In this document: piece by piece, positions 26,537 through 38,550 of the stretch
Numbering within the stretch: the first letter of the stretch is position 1
How the letters are laid out: every line of letters begins with the position of its first letter
Assembly (NCBI GenBank): GCA_016235455.1
Contig: JACRKZ010000130.1
Location: 1 to 64,000 of the forward strand
DNA length: 64,000 nucleotides
Direction: 5' to 3'
Origin: Armatimonadota bacterium
GTDB taxonomy: Bacteria; Armatimonadota; UBA10988
The notes under the pieces: model-generated
What the model was told of the DNA's origin: nothing
Database searches by the model: none
The model's input: only the letters and a program-made list of their open reading frames with translations
Position numbers and translations under genes: made by a program

Positions 26537-29500
26537 ATGAATCGCGTTGGCTTGACGCGTCTCGCACGTCTGGCGGCGGTGCTTCTGGTCGCGGCTCTGG
26601 CTCGCGCCGACGAGGCGGGCGACCTGTATGCCGCGGCGGACACTGCCTACAACGGCGGACAGTTCGACAAGGCGTTGCCCAGCTTCCGGTCCTTCGTGGC
26701 CAAGTTCGCCAAGGACGAGCGGGCGGCCATCGCGGCCTATCGCATCGGCCAGTGCCTGGGCCAGTTGAAGCAGTACGGCGAGGCCGCCGACGCTTTCGAT
26801 GCCTGCGTGCGCGGCTACGGGGAGTCGAAGTACGCGGATGGCGCGCTCTTCAACAAGGGCTACTACTACTTCTGCGCGGAGAAGTGGCAGCCCGCGGCCG
26901 CAGCCTACTTCGACTACACCAAGATTGGCAAGAAGCCCGATCTCAAGGCCAAGGCCTGGTTCTGGCGGGGCGAGGCGCTCTACAAGATGAGCCGGCCGGA
27001 CGATGCGGCCGCCGCCTACGAGACGTTCCTGGCGTCGCCCGCGGAGATCCTTGCCGCCGCCGACTGCAAGGATCTGATCGGCTTCGCGCGGCTCGGCCAA
27101 GGCGTCTGCCACTATGCCGGCAAGCGCTGGGAGAAGGCGTTGGCCGGCTTCCGCCGCTACCTCGACGAGAACGCTGACGGACCCTCGGCCGACGAGGCCA
27201 TGTTCTACGCGGCTGAATGCCACAAGCAGCTCGGCGCGGCCGACCAGGCCGTGGCCCTGCTGGCCAAACTGGCCGACACCTTGCCCAAGAGCGACTTCGC
27301 TCCCCAGGGGCTGCGCCGGATCGCCGCCATCGAGGCCGAGCGCGGCAATGTAGCCGCCTCCAAGGCCGCCGCCGACCGGCTGGCCAAGGACTATCCCGAC
27401 CTGGCCAAGTACGCTGGCGAGGAGCGCTTCAACCTGGCCTATCGCCAACTCCAGGCCAAGAACTACGAAGCCGCCGAGAAGCTCTACCGCGATGCGCTCG
27501 AAGGTCTGACCGGCGAGCCGGAGGCCATCGGGCTGCTGGGTCTGGCCGAGGCCCGCTTTGGCCAGAGCAAGTGGACCGACGCCGAAGCCGCCTACCTGTT
27601 GGTGCTGCAGAAGCACCCCGACCACCCCAATGCGCCCACGGCGCAGGCGCGGCTGGCCGAGGTCTATCTGCGCGAGGCCAAGTTCCCCGAGGCCGAGAAG
27701 GTCGGGCGCGAGTATCTGGCCAAGTATGCGACCGGTAGCGACCTGGCCGTGGTGCGCTACAACCTGGCCTTCGCGGTGTGGAAGCAGGGGCGCGCCGAAG
27801 AAGCCATGAAGCTGTTTGACGAAGTGGTCGGCGCCGACCCCAAGGCCGACAGCTCGGCGCCCGTGCTCATCGAGATGGGGCGCTTCGGCATCGACTCCAA
27901 GCGCTGGGCCGATGCGCGCCGGGCCTATGAGCTGTACCTCAAGCACCACGCCACCAAGCCCGCCGCGATGACCGCGCGCTGGGGCCTGGCGCAGGTGGCC
28001 GAGGGCGAGGGCGACCAGGCCGCCGCCATCGCTGCGTACCGCGCGTTTGCCGATCAGGCGGGCACCGACCCGCTGGTAGCCGAGGCGCTGGGCCGGCTTG
28101 TCGACCTGTACCGCAAGGCGGGGCAGGAGGAGAAGGCGCAACTCGCCGGGCAGGAACTGCGGCGCAAGTTCCCCGGGTCGCAGCAGAGCGCCCGCTCGCT
28201 GCTCACCGCTGGCTACTCGCACTTCAACGCCAAGCGCTACGCTGAGGCCATCTTCGCCTTCGAGGCTTATCTCCGTGACTACGCCAAGGAGGACGGCGCG
28301 GCCGCCGCGTTGGCCAATCTGGCCGCCAGCTACTACCTGAGCACTGCGCCGGCTGACCATTACGCCAAGGCCGCCGAGGCCTACGCGCGCTTGGCCAAGG
28401 ACTATCCCGCCGACAAAGCCGCCGAGGACGCGCTGTACTGGTCGGGCCAGGCGCTGCGTCAGGCCGGTGACGAGCCCGGCGCCATTGCCGCGCTGGACCA
28501 GTTCATCACGACTCATGCCCAGCACGCACGCGTCGCCAGCGCCCGGCTGGCGTTGGCGCAGCTGCTCTCACGGGCCAAGCGCTTCGCCGATGCGGTCAAG
28601 GTCCTGACCGAGGCCGTGGCGGCCGCCACCGAGCCCGCAGCTCGCGGCGAGGCCCGTTACGAGTTGGCCTGGGCGCTACTCGACGCTGAGCGCAAGGACG
28701 AAGCCTATGCCGCCTTCGCCGAGGTAAGCAAGGACGTGCCGGGCACTGACCTGGCCGCCGACGCGGACTTCCGGCTGTGCGGCCAACTGGTGGAGAAGGC
28801 ACGGTATACGGATGCCGTGACCGCCTACGGCGATTGGCTCAAGGCCCACGACCAGCACAAGCTCAAGCCGCGGGCCCTCTACAATCTGGCCTGGGCGCAG
28901 GAACTGGCCGCCTCGTTCAAGGAGGCCGTGGCCACCTATGAGCAGGCTGGCAAGCTGCTGGACGATCCCGATCTGCGCGCCGCCTCGACCTACCGCCGTG
29001 GCTACTGCCTGTTGCGCGCGGGCGACGTGCCCGGTGCGCTGGCGGCGTTCGACGCCTACGACAAGGACAATCCGCAAGGCCGCAACCGGCCCGACAGCCT
29101 GTTCTATCGCGGCCAGGCGCACAGCCGCGCGGGCAAGTGGTCCGAGGCCGAAGCTGCCTTCAAGCAGTTGGTCAAGGAGTTCCCCGAGCACGCGCTGACC
29201 CAGAACGCGCAGTTCAACCTCGGTGTGGCGCTGCAGAATCAGTCCAAGTACCAGGCTGCCGCCGACTCCTACGAGCCGCTCTGCGCGGCCGACACCAAGC
29301 CGCCGGTGGATGCCACGTTGCGGGCCCGGGCCTTGCTCCAGCGTGGGCAGTGCCTGTTCATGGCGGCGCGCTACGCCGACGCCGTCACGGCGCTCAGCGG
29401 CGCGGAGACCACCGGCCTGACCGAGGTCCTGCCGGCGGCGCGCTACTACTTGGGCCGCTGCTTCCAGCAGCAGAACGACCCCAAGAAGGCCAAGGACACT

Positions 29501-29584
29501 TACGAGAAGGTGCTGGCGCAGCATCCTGGTACGGAGTGGGCTGAGAAGTCCAAGGCCGCGCTCGCCCAGATCCAGTTGCCCTGA
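26537..29584 (+). CDS. Large secreted tetratricopeptide-repeat protein (YbgF/BamD-like repeats, about 1015 aa)
   Basis: Signal peptide ending ARA-DE; many repeats of the type A..F...KDYP...A..A.Y.LG; ATG 26537 after GGGAGGG (alternative 26516). Confidence 0.88.
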   Translation: MNRVGLTRLARLAAVLLVAALARADEAGDLYAAADTAYNGGQFDKALPSFRSFVAKFAKDERAAIAAYRIGQCLGQLKQYGEAADAFDACVRGYGESKYADGALFNKGYYYFCAEKWQPAAAAYFDYTKIGKKPDLKAKAWFWRGEALYKMSRPDDAAAAYETFLASPAEILAAADCKDLIGFARLGQGVCHYAGKRWEKALAGFRRYLDENADGPSADEAMFYAAECHKQLGAADQAVALLAKLADTLPKSDFAPQGLRRIAAIEAERGNVAASKAAADRLAKDYPDLAKYAGEERFNLAYRQLQAKNYEAAEKLYRDALEGLTGEPEAIGLLGLAEARFGQSKWTDAEAAYLLVLQKHPDHPNAPTAQARLAEVYLREAKFPEAEKVGREYLAKYATGSDLAVVRYNLAFAVWKQGRAEEAMKLFDEVVGADPKADSSAPVLIEMGRFGIDSKRWADARRAYELYLKHHATKPAAMTARWGLAQVAEGEGDQAAAIAAYRAFADQAGTDPLVAEALGRLVDLYRKAGQEEKAQLAGQELRRKFPGSQQSARSLLTAGYSHFNAKRYAEAIFAFEAYLRDYAKEDGAAAALANLAASYYLSTAPADHYAKAAEAYARLAKDYPADKAAEDALYWSGQALRQAGDEPGAIAALDQFITTHAQHARVASARLALAQLLSRAKRFADAVKVLTEAVAAATEPAARGEARYELAWALLDAERKDEAYAAFAEVSKDVPGTDLAADADFRLCGQLVEKARYTDAVTAYGDWLKAHDQHKLKPRALYNLAWAQELAASFKEAVATYEQAGKLLDDPDLRAASTYRRGYCLLRAGDVPGALAAFDAYDKDNPQGRNRPDSLFYRGQAHSRAGKWSEAEAAFKQLVKEFPEHALTQNAQFNLGVALQNQSKYQAAADSYEPLCAADTKPPVDATLRARALLQRGQCLFMAARYADAVTALSGAETTGLTEVLPAARYYLGRCFQQQNDPKKAKDTYEKVLAQHPGTEWAEKSKAALAQIQLP

Positions 29585-29604
29585 CTGGGCGCCAAGGGAG
29601 TCTC

Positions 29605-30717
29605 ATGGAGTATCGACGCTACGGTCGTACGGACACGCTCGTCAGCGCCATAGGCTTGGGTGGCCACCGCGAGGGCATGGAGACGCGTGGCGGCCTGGCT
29701 CGCCAGGCGACGTTCCACCGCTCTGCCCAGGAGCGCGCGCGCACCGTCGGCGCCGCCATCGATGCCGGCATCACCTACTTCGACTCCACTTTCGGCTGCG
29801 AGATCGCCTCGCTGGGTGAGTCGTTGCGGCTGCTCGGCCGCCGCGACGGGCTGTTCGTCTCAGGCATGAGGGTCGACTTCTTCGGGCTCCTGCCCCAGTC
29901 GGGCCTCACGCCCGCTGCGTACCTGCGCAGCGAGGTCGAGAGCCGGCTGCGCGAGGCTGGGCTGGAGTGGCTGGACCAGTTCCTGATGGGCGCCATGGAG
30001 CAGGGCGATCCCGTCGGTCATCCGGCCGAGATGGACGAGGCCATGGCCGAGGCCGAGCGCCTCAAACAAGCGGGGCTCATCCGCCACGTGGGCTTCTCCT
30101 GCCACGACCCCAACTACGCCGCGCGGCTGTTGCGAGCCTGGCCTTTTGATTCGGTCATGTGCCCCTACAACCCGTCGAACCGCGTGGCCGAAGGCGACCT
30201 GCAGACCGCCGTACAGGACACCGGCGCGGCCTGGGTGGCCATGAAGTCGATGGTCTGGCGCCTCTATGGCATCCCCGCCAGCGTGCTGCGCAACCTCCGC
30301 GCGGAGGCGCTGGGGCTTGATTCCACCACGCCGATCGGCACGCTGGCCCATCGCTGGCTGCTCGACAACCCCCACCTGACCACCTGCGTCCCGGCTGCCA
30401 ACTACCCCGAGGCAGTGGTCGAGAACGCCGCCGCGGCCGACCGCGGTCCGCTCACCGACGTCGAGCGAGCGCTGCTCGACCGCTGGGTGGAAGCCACGGC
30501 CGTGCACGGACACGTGCCGCTGGCGCTGGGCGGCCTGCTCGAAGACAACCTGCGCGTGCGCGTGTGCTCCATGGGCTTGGCTGGCGATAGGCTGGGCGTT
30601 CGGCCCGCGCCCATCGACCTCGAGGCCGACGGTGCCGAGGATGCCGCTCGGGCCGCGGCCGAGCAATTGCTGGCCGCGGCCCGGGCCGACCGGCGCTGGG
30701 CGGCGATGCTGCCGTAG
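29605..30717 (+). CDS. Aldo/keto reductase-fold protein (divergent active site)
   Basis: MEYRRYGRTDTLVSAIGLGG, GITYFD, LKQAGLIRHVGFSCH, FDSVMCPYN, VAMK. Confidence 0.8.
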   Translation: MEYRRYGRTDTLVSAIGLGGHREGMETRGGLARQATFHRSAQERARTVGAAIDAGITYFDSTFGCEIASLGESLRLLGRRDGLFVSGMRVDFFGLLPQSGLTPAAYLRSEVESRLREAGLEWLDQFLMGAMEQGDPVGHPAEMDEAMAEAERLKQAGLIRHVGFSCHDPNYAARLLRAWPFDSVMCPYNPSNRVAEGDLQTAVQDTGAAWVAMKSMVWRLYGIPASVLRNLRAEALGLDSTTPIGTLAHRWLLDNPHLTTCVPAANYPEAVVENAAAADRGPLTDVERALLDRWVEATAVHGHVPLALGGLLEDNLRVRVCSMGLAGDRLGVRPAPIDLEADGAEDAARAAAEQLLAAARADRRWAAMLP

Positions 30718-30777
30718 GCGTGGGGCCGGGACGCGTCCCTCTTGCGCCGTCGGCCCGGCTCGGCGACAATCAGGGTC

Positions 30778-32599
<1,822 letters not shown>

Positions 32600-32618
32600 C
32601 GCTCCGAGTGCAGCCCGC

Positions 32619-33581
32619 TCACTTGATGGTCAGGAACTCCATCTTCTCTTTGTCGAGCAACAGCAGCTTCAGCAGATGGCTCTTGATGCCGTTGCGGTCG
32701 ATCGTCACATCGACTTCCACCTCGTAGGTCGTGTTGCGGACCTTGGGGAAGCCGGTGACCGGGTCGAGGATGTCCTCACCCTCGATCTTGGCAAACGGAA
32801 GGTCGACCGAGACCTCCTCGCGGCCGCTGTTGACGAAGTTGAACCAGCCCTCGGAGAGCAGTCGCATGGAGCCGTCGGGCGCGTCCTTGGCGGCGACGCG
32901 GATGCGCTCGGTGGTGGTCATGGTGCCCACGCGCAGGTCCTCCTTGTGCTTCTGGGTCCAGCGCTGCTCGGCCTGTACCTGCTCCTTGGGATAGCGCTTG
33001 AGCCGATAGGAGAGCGTGTTGAGCACGTTGTCCTTGCCATACAGCGCGCGCAGGCGGTCGTCGAAGAAGGCCTTTTGCATCGGACGATCGAAGGCATCGG
33101 CGCTCTTGGCCTTGATGTCCGTGACGATCTTGTCCAGCCCGTCCACCGAGATGACCTCGCCCGTGGGCTGGGCGCGGAAGGTGTAGGTCTGCCCGCTGGC
33201 CGCCTTGGCGAAGTCCTTGGAGGTGGTCGTGGCGCCGTCCAGGCCTGTGCCGACCTCCTCGCTCATCTCCTCGCCATCCCAGATCTTCTGGCGGAAGCGC
33301 GAGAGCGTGGCGCGGATGGTGAACTCGCCCTGGTCATTGACCTCCAGCACGTCCCATCGCTCCCAGCGCTCGTCCTCAACCTTGGCCTTGTGCTTGGCGG
33401 TCTGCCGCAACGTGATGGTCTGGTCCGAGGTGGTCACGGTATGCAACAGCCAAGCCATCCCGGACTTGGGCTGATAGCGCAAGGTGCGTAGCGGACCGGT
33501 GGGCTGGTCCTCATCGTCCTGCGCCAGGCCGGCGGCGACCACGGCCAAGGCCATCGCGAGCAGTACCAGAAGTCTCTTCAT
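32619..33581 (-). CDS. Secreted beta-rich hypothetical protein (DUF6263-like)
   Basis: MKRLLVLLAMALA signal after GGAGG; LRYQPKSG, G.VISVDG.D, YPKEQVQAEQRW. Confidence 0.7.
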   Translation of the reverse strand: MKRLLVLLAMALAVVAAGLAQDDEDQPTGPLRTLRYQPKSGMAWLLHTVTTSDQTITLRQTAKHKAKVEDERWERWDVLEVNDQGEFTIRATLSRFRQKIWDGEEMSEEVGTGLDGATTTSKDFAKAASGQTYTFRAQPTGEVISVDGLDKIVTDIKAKSADAFDRPMQKAFFDDRLRALYGKDNVLNTLSYRLKRYPKEQVQAEQRWTQKHKEDLRVGTMTTTERIRVAAKDAPDGSMRLLSEGWFNFVNSGREEVSVDLPFAKIEGEDILDPVTGFPKVRNTTYEVEVDVTIDRNGIKSHLLKLLLLDKEKMEFLTIK

Positions 33582-33643
33582 GACGACCCTCCGTGGGCAT
33601 AGGCCGCGCATTCGGCACGGCGGGGCTGTTACCTTCTTGTACC

Positions 33644-33688
33644 CAAAAGCGAACAGCTCGCGCGAACCGTTCCCGGTCGCGCGAGCTG
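33644..33688 (-). terminator. Intrinsic terminator of groES-groEL
   Basis: 12-bp stem CAGCTCGCGCGA/TCGCGCGAGCTG followed on the minus strand by TTCGCTTTT, 25 nt after the groEL stop. Confidence 0.7.
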
Positions 33689-33713
33689 CCAGCTCAGCTG
33701 ATTGCGGCCAGGC

Positions 33714-35357
33714 TCAGTAGCCCATGCCGCCCATGCCGTCCATGCCACCGGGGCCACCGGCGGGGGCCGGCTTGGCCTTTTCGGGCTTCTCGGCGATGGC
33801 GCACTCGGTGGTGAGGATCATGCCGGCGATGGAACCAGCGTTCTCCAGCGCCAGGCGGACCACCTTGGCGGCGTCGACGACGCCCTCGGCGAACAGGTCA
33901 CCGTAGGTGCCGGTGCCGGCGTTGTAGCCGAAGTGCGCATCGTCGGTGGCGAGCACCTTGTTGCAGACCACCGAGCCTTCGAGCCCGGCGTTGACCGCGA
34001 TCTGCTTGAGCGGACGGGTCAGCGCGCGCGCCACGATGGCGATGCCCGCGCGGGTGTCGGCCTGGTCGTCGGTGAGGTCGGCCAGCTTGGCGGCAGCGCG
34101 GGCCAGGGCGGTACCGCCACCGGTCACGATGCCTTCCTCAATGGCCGCGCGCGTCGAGTTGAGAGCGTCTTCGTAGCGCTGCTTGCGCTCCTTGAGCTCG
34201 GTCTCGGTGCTGGCGCCCACGCGGATGACCGACACGCCGCCGGACAGCTTGGCCAGCCGTTCGGACAGCTTCTCTTTGTCGTAGTCCGAGGTGGTCTTCT
34301 CGATCTCGTTCTTGATCTGCTTGATGCGCCCGGCGATGGCGTCAGCCTGGCCCTGGCCACCGATGATGGTGGTGGTGTCATGGGTGACGGTGACCTTGTC
34401 GGCGCGACCGAGCTGCTCGAGGGTCACGTTCTCCAGCGGAACGCCCAGCTCTTCGGTGATGAAGGCGCCACCGGTGAGGACCGCGAGGTCGCCCAGCATG
34501 GCCTTGCGGCGGTCGCCGAAGCCCGGCGCCTTGACCGCCACCGAGCGGACGATGCCGCGCAGCGCGTTGACCACCAGGGCGGCCAGGGCCTGGCCCTCGA
34601 CGTCCTCGGCGATGATGACCAGCGGCCGGCCGGCGCCGTGGATCTGCTGGAGCAGCGGAACCAGCGAGTTGACGTCGCTGATCTTCTTCTCCCACAGCAG
34701 GATGTACGGCTCTTCGAGGATGGCTTCCATGGCCTCGGCATCGGTCACCAGGTACGGCGACAGATAGCCCTTGTCGAACTGCATGCCGTCCACGTGCTCG
34801 ATGGTCGTCTCGGAGGTCTTGCCCTCCTCGATCGTCGCCACGCCGTTGTGACCGGCATTGTCCAGGGCCGTCGCCACCATCTCGCCGACCTCGGGGTCGT
34901 TGCCGGCGATGGTCGCCACGTTCTGGTAGGCGGCCTTGTCGCTCACGGGCACAGCCTGCGCCTTGAGCAGCTCGACCACATGCGCCACGGCCTGGTCGAT
35001 GCCGCGCTTGAGCAGCAACGGGCTGGCACCGGCCTCGACGTTGCGCAGGCCTTCCTGCAAAATGGCCTGGGCCAGGACCGTCGCGGTGGTCGTGCCGTCG
35101 CCCGCCACATCGTTGGTCTTCTTGGCCACTTCCTTGACGAGCTGCGCGCCGAGATCCTCGATGGGATCGGGCAGCTCGATTTCCTTGGCCACGGTCACGC
35201 CGTCCTTGGTGACGATCGGCGAGCCCCAGCTCTTCTCGATCAGCACATTGCGGCCACGCGGTCCGAGGGTCACCTTCACGGCGTCAGCCACCTGGTCCGC
35301 ACCCTTTTGCATCTTGGTGCGGGCGGTGATGTCATATGCCAGCAGCTTGCTTGCCAC
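33714..35357 (-). CDS. groL: Chaperonin GroEL
   Basis: [48 protein letters not shown] tail. Confidence 0.99.
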   Translation of the reverse strand: MASKLLAYDITARTKMQKGADQVADAVKVTLGPRGRNVLIEKSWGSPIVTKDGVTVAKEIELPDPIEDLGAQLVKEVAKKTNDVAGDGTTTATVLAQAILQEGLRNVEAGASPLLLKRGIDQAVAHVVELLKAQAVPVSDKAAYQNVATIAGNDPEVGEMVATALDNAGHNGVATIEEGKTSETTIEHVDGMQFDKGYLSPYLVTDAEAMEAILEEPYILLWEKKISDVNSLVPLLQQIHGAGRPLVIIAEDVEGQALAALVVNALRGIVRSVAVKAPGFGDRRKAMLGDLAVLTGGAFITEELGVPLENVTLEQLGRADKVTVTHDTTTIIGGQGQADAIAGRIKQIKNEIEKTTSDYDKEKLSERLAKLSGGVSVIRVGASTETELKERKQRYEDALNSTRAAIEEGIVTGGGTALARAAAKLADLTDDQADTRAGIAIVARALTRPLKQIAVNAGLEGSVVCNKVLATDDAHFGYNAGTGTYGDLFAEGVVDAAKVVRLALENAGSIAGMILTTECAIAEKPEKAKPAPAGGPGGMDGMGGMGY

Positions 35358-35381
35358 GGTCTGCTCCCTTGAGGGTCGATG

Positions 35382-35669
35382 CTACTCGCGCACCGCCATG
35401 ATGTCGCTGACGCTCAGGATCTTGACATCCTTGCCGTCAATCTCGATGTCCGTGCCGGCCCACTTGCCGTAGATCACCACGTCGCCGACCTTGACCGGCA
35501 TCGGCACGCGCTCGCCGCTTTCCAGCAGCTCGCCAGGGCCGACTTCCACGACCACACCCTCGGTCGGCTTTTCCTTGGCCGACTCGGGCAGGACGATACC
35601 GCCCTGGACGACTTCCTTCAGCTCCTTGGGCTCGACGACAACACGGTCGCCCAACGGCTTGAGACCCAT
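35382..35669 (-). CDS. groS: Co-chaperonin GroES
   Basis: [32 protein letters not shown]; AAGGAGG RBS before ATG 35669. Confidence 0.98.
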   Translation of the reverse strand: MGLKPLGDRVVVEPKELKEVVQGGIVLPESAKEKPTEGVVVEVGPGELLESGERVPMPVKVGDVVIYGKWAGTDIEIDGKDVKILSVSDIMAVRE

Positions 35670-35868
35670 GGTTCTCCTCCTTGGCATGCTCATTGGCTAC
35701 ACGAAAACTCGTAGGCGAGCCTAAGGCGCGCCCGGTGCTTGGGCCATGAGTCAACCCGAGGGGTGTCACGCCGGTGTAAAGAGCCGACCCCTCTGGTGTA
35801 ACAACGCGGCCCTGGATCCGGCTTGGGCCGCTTGGTCGATGCGGCCATCGCTGGTATCGTTGGGACCG

Positions 35869-36543
35869 ATGTACACCCTACCCGCGGATCTGGTCATCTT
35901 CGACTTCGATGGCGTGCTCTGCGCCGCCGAGCGCTTCACCCCCGACGCTATTCGCGACGGCCTGCGCGCGTTTGCCCAACGGTGCGGCGTGCCGATCGAT
36001 GAGCCCGACGAGGCCGCGCTGCTGGCCACGCTAGGCTACCCGTCGCACCAGACCTACCCGCCGATGCTGCCGGAGAGCCTCCGCCCGCGCTGGCCCGAGA
36101 TGCATACGCTGACACTGGACGCCATGGAGCGCCGCATCCGGGCCCTGGGCCGGTGGGGCTGCCTGTACGACGGCGTGCCCGAGTTGCTGGACGATCTGCT
36201 GGCCGACGGCCGCACGCTGGCCCTGGCCAGCAACTGCAGCGAGCGCTACCAGGCGGTGCACCGCGAGGTGCACGGGCTGGACCGCTGGTTCACCCACCAG
36301 TGGCACGCACAAGCGGCAGGCATCGGCAGCAAGGCCGATATGGTGGCCCGCATTCTGGCCGACACGCCCGCGTTACGGACGAGTGTTATGGTAGGCGACA
36401 GACTAAGCGACAGGAATGCTGCCGCGGCGCACCGCGTGCCCTTCGTGGCGGCCGCGTACGGATTTGGCTGCGCGGCGGAGTGGGATGGCGCGGTCGCGGT
36501 GGCCGACCATGTTGTGCAACTCCGGGCGATCCTGGGCGTCTGA
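35869..36543 (+). CDS. HAD-superfamily hydrolase (phosphoglycolate phosphatase-like)
   Basis: IFDFDGVL motif I, LASN motif II, K, MVGDRLSD motif IV; start at ATG 35869. Confidence 0.88.
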   Translation: MYTLPADLVIFDFDGVLCAAERFTPDAIRDGLRAFAQRCGVPIDEPDEAALLATLGYPSHQTYPPMLPESLRPRWPEMHTLTLDAMERRIRALGRWGCLYDGVPELLDDLLADGRTLALASNCSERYQAVHREVHGLDRWFTHQWHAQAAGIGSKADMVARILADTPALRTSVMVGDRLSDRNAAAAHRVPFVAAAYGFGCAAEWDGAVAVADHVVQLRAILGV

Positions 36544-36567
36544 TCTGGCGTGCAGGGAGGGAATTCG

Positions 36568-37836
36568 ATGGCGATGGGCACCACCGGTGGGCCGGCTTCC
36601 GCACCGCCGGTCAGCAGCATGGACGTCTTCGTCGCGCGACAGCCCATCTTCGGGCCGGACCGGCAGGTCAAAGCCTACGAACTCCTCTATCGATCCTCGC
36701 ACCAGAACACGTTTGATGGGACGGATGGTGATACGGCGACGTCGCGCCTGTTGGTCAATGCCTTCCTGACCTTGGGCATCGACACCATCACCGGCGGTCG
36801 GCCGGCCTTCGTCAATTTCACGCGTAATGCGTTGCTGCAGGAGTTCCCCACGCTGCTGCCGCCCGACCGGCTGGTGATCGAGGTGTTGGAGGACGTGGAG
36901 CCCGACGAGCAGGTGGTGACTGTCTGCCGCAACCTCAAGGCGCTGGGCTACACCTTGGCGCTGGACGACATCATCAGTCTCGACCGCCGCTACGACGCGC
37001 TGCTTGAGCTGACCGACGTGGTCAAGGTCGACTGGATGCTGGCTGACGACATCCAGAAGCAGGCGGTGGCGCAGCGCTGCCGTCCGTACCGCATCACGAT
37101 GCTGGCCGAGAAGGTGGAGTCCGAGGAGGAGTTCGTCGACGCGGTCCGCCTGGGCTACACGCTGTTCCAGGGCTACTTCTTCTGCCGGCCCAACATCATT
37201 GCCGGGCGCGATGTGCCGGCCGCCAAGACCAACTACCTGCGCCTGCTGCGCGAGGTCAACAGTCGCGATTTCGATCTGGGCCGCATCGAGAACGTCATCA
37301 AGAGCGAGTTGACGCTCTCCTACAAGCTGCTCAAGTACCTCAACTCGGCGGCCTTTGGCTGGCGCCGGCAGATCAGCTCCATCAAGCACGCGCTGGTGGC
37401 CGTGGGCGAGCGCGAGTTGCGCAAGTGGATGTCGGTGCTCTGTCTGACCCAGATGGCCGACGACAAGCCGCCCGAGCTGGCGCTGCAATCGCTGGTGCGC
37501 GCGCACTTCTGCGAGCAGATGGGCAGCCTCGTGGGCATGGCCGACCGATCGACCGACCTGTTCCTGGCGGGCCTGTTCTCCATGCTCGACACGATCATGC
37601 AGCGCCCGCTGGCCGAGTGCCTGGAGCAGGTGCCCATCGCCACCGAGGTGCTGGACGCGCTGATCGAGGGCAAGGGCCGCATGCGCGACATCCTCGACGG
37701 TGTGGTAGCCTACGAGCGGGGCGATTGGGCGGCGGTGAGAGCCGTGGCCGACAAGCTGGCGGTTGACCCCGAGCGGGTCTCGGAGACGTACTTGCAGGCG
37801 GTCAAGCGCGCTGATACGCTCTTCGCCACCACCTAG
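36568..37836 (+). CDS. EAL + HDOD c-di-GMP phosphodiesterase (YuxH/PdeH-like)
   Basis: FVARQPIF..AYELLYR, FVNF, IEVLE, ALDD, VKVD, LAEKVE, FQGYFF; HDOD LSYKLLKYLNSA..ISSIKHA. Confidence 0.93.
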   Translation: MAMGTTGGPASAPPVSSMDVFVARQPIFGPDRQVKAYELLYRSSHQNTFDGTDGDTATSRLLVNAFLTLGIDTITGGRPAFVNFTRNALLQEFPTLLPPDRLVIEVLEDVEPDEQVVTVCRNLKALGYTLALDDIISLDRRYDALLELTDVVKVDWMLADDIQKQAVAQRCRPYRITMLAEKVESEEEFVDAVRLGYTLFQGYFFCRPNIIAGRDVPAAKTNYLRLLREVNSRDFDLGRIENVIKSELTLSYKLLKYLNSAAFGWRRQISSIKHALVAVGERELRKWMSVLCLTQMADDKPPELALQSLVRAHFCEQMGSLVGMADRSTDLFLAGLFSMLDTIMQRPLAECLEQVPIATEVLDALIEGKGRMRDILDGVVAYERGDWAAVRAVADKLAVDPERVSETYLQAVKRADTLFATT

Positions 37837-37848
37837 CAGGTAGACGGC

Positions 37849-38541
37849 ATGGAACAAGTATCTCATATCCTGGTCATCGACGATGACCGGCGGCTCACCG
37901 ATGGCCTGCGCATGGCGCTCGAGCGCGAAGGGCATCGCGTGACCACGGCCCAGGGCGGCGAAGAGGGCTTGGCGCACGCCATCCGCGAGCGGCCGGATCT
38001 GGTTGTGGTCGACCTCAACCTGCCCGATCTGGACGGCCTGGCGGTCTGTCAGCGCCTGCGTCAGCGGACCTACGTGCCGATCATGATCATGACCGGCGCC
38101 GCGGTCGAGGAGCAGGACAAGGTCGTCGGGCTGCGCTTTGGCGCCGACGACTACCTGGTCAAGCCGTTCGGCGTGGCCGAGTTCTGCGCGCGTGTGGAGG
38201 CTCTGCTGCGACGGTCGTCGGTCTACGCCGCCGGGCGCGACCGTGAACTGCGCGCGGGCGATCTGCTCATCGACCGCGAGGCCTACACGGTCCGGCGCGG
38301 CGACCACGCGGTCGACCTGACGCCCAAGGAGTTCGAGTTGCTGGTGGCGCTGGCCGAGTACCCCAACCGGGTACGCACCCGCGACTACCTGCTGGAGCGC
38401 GTCTGGGGCTACACCAGTGAGATCCGCACGCGGACGCTGGACATGCACATTCGCCGGCTGCGCGAGAAGCTCGAAGAGGACCCGGCGGAGCCCCGGCTCA
38501 TCCAGACGGTGATCGGCGTGGGCTACAAGCTGGTGGCATGA
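37849..38541 (+). CDS. OmpR/PhoB-family response regulator
   Basis: ILVIDDD, VDLNLPDLDG, GADDYLVKPF, LTPKEFELL, RTLDMHIRRLREK, TVIGVGYK. Confidence 0.95.
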   Translation: MEQVSHILVIDDDRRLTDGLRMALEREGHRVTTAQGGEEGLAHAIRERPDLVVVDLNLPDLDGLAVCQRLRQRTYVPIMIMTGAAVEEQDKVVGLRFGADDYLVKPFGVAEFCARVEALLRRSSVYAAGRDRELRAGDLLIDREAYTVRRGDHAVDLTPKEFELLVALAEYPNRVRTRDYLLERVWGYTSEIRTRTLDMHIRRLREKLEEDPAEPRLIQTVIGVGYKLVA

Positions 38542-38550
38542 GGTGACGGC

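Noticed and set aside
35670-35868. CIRCE operator upstream of groES
   Set aside because: No TTAGCACTC-N9-GAGTGCTAA match visible.
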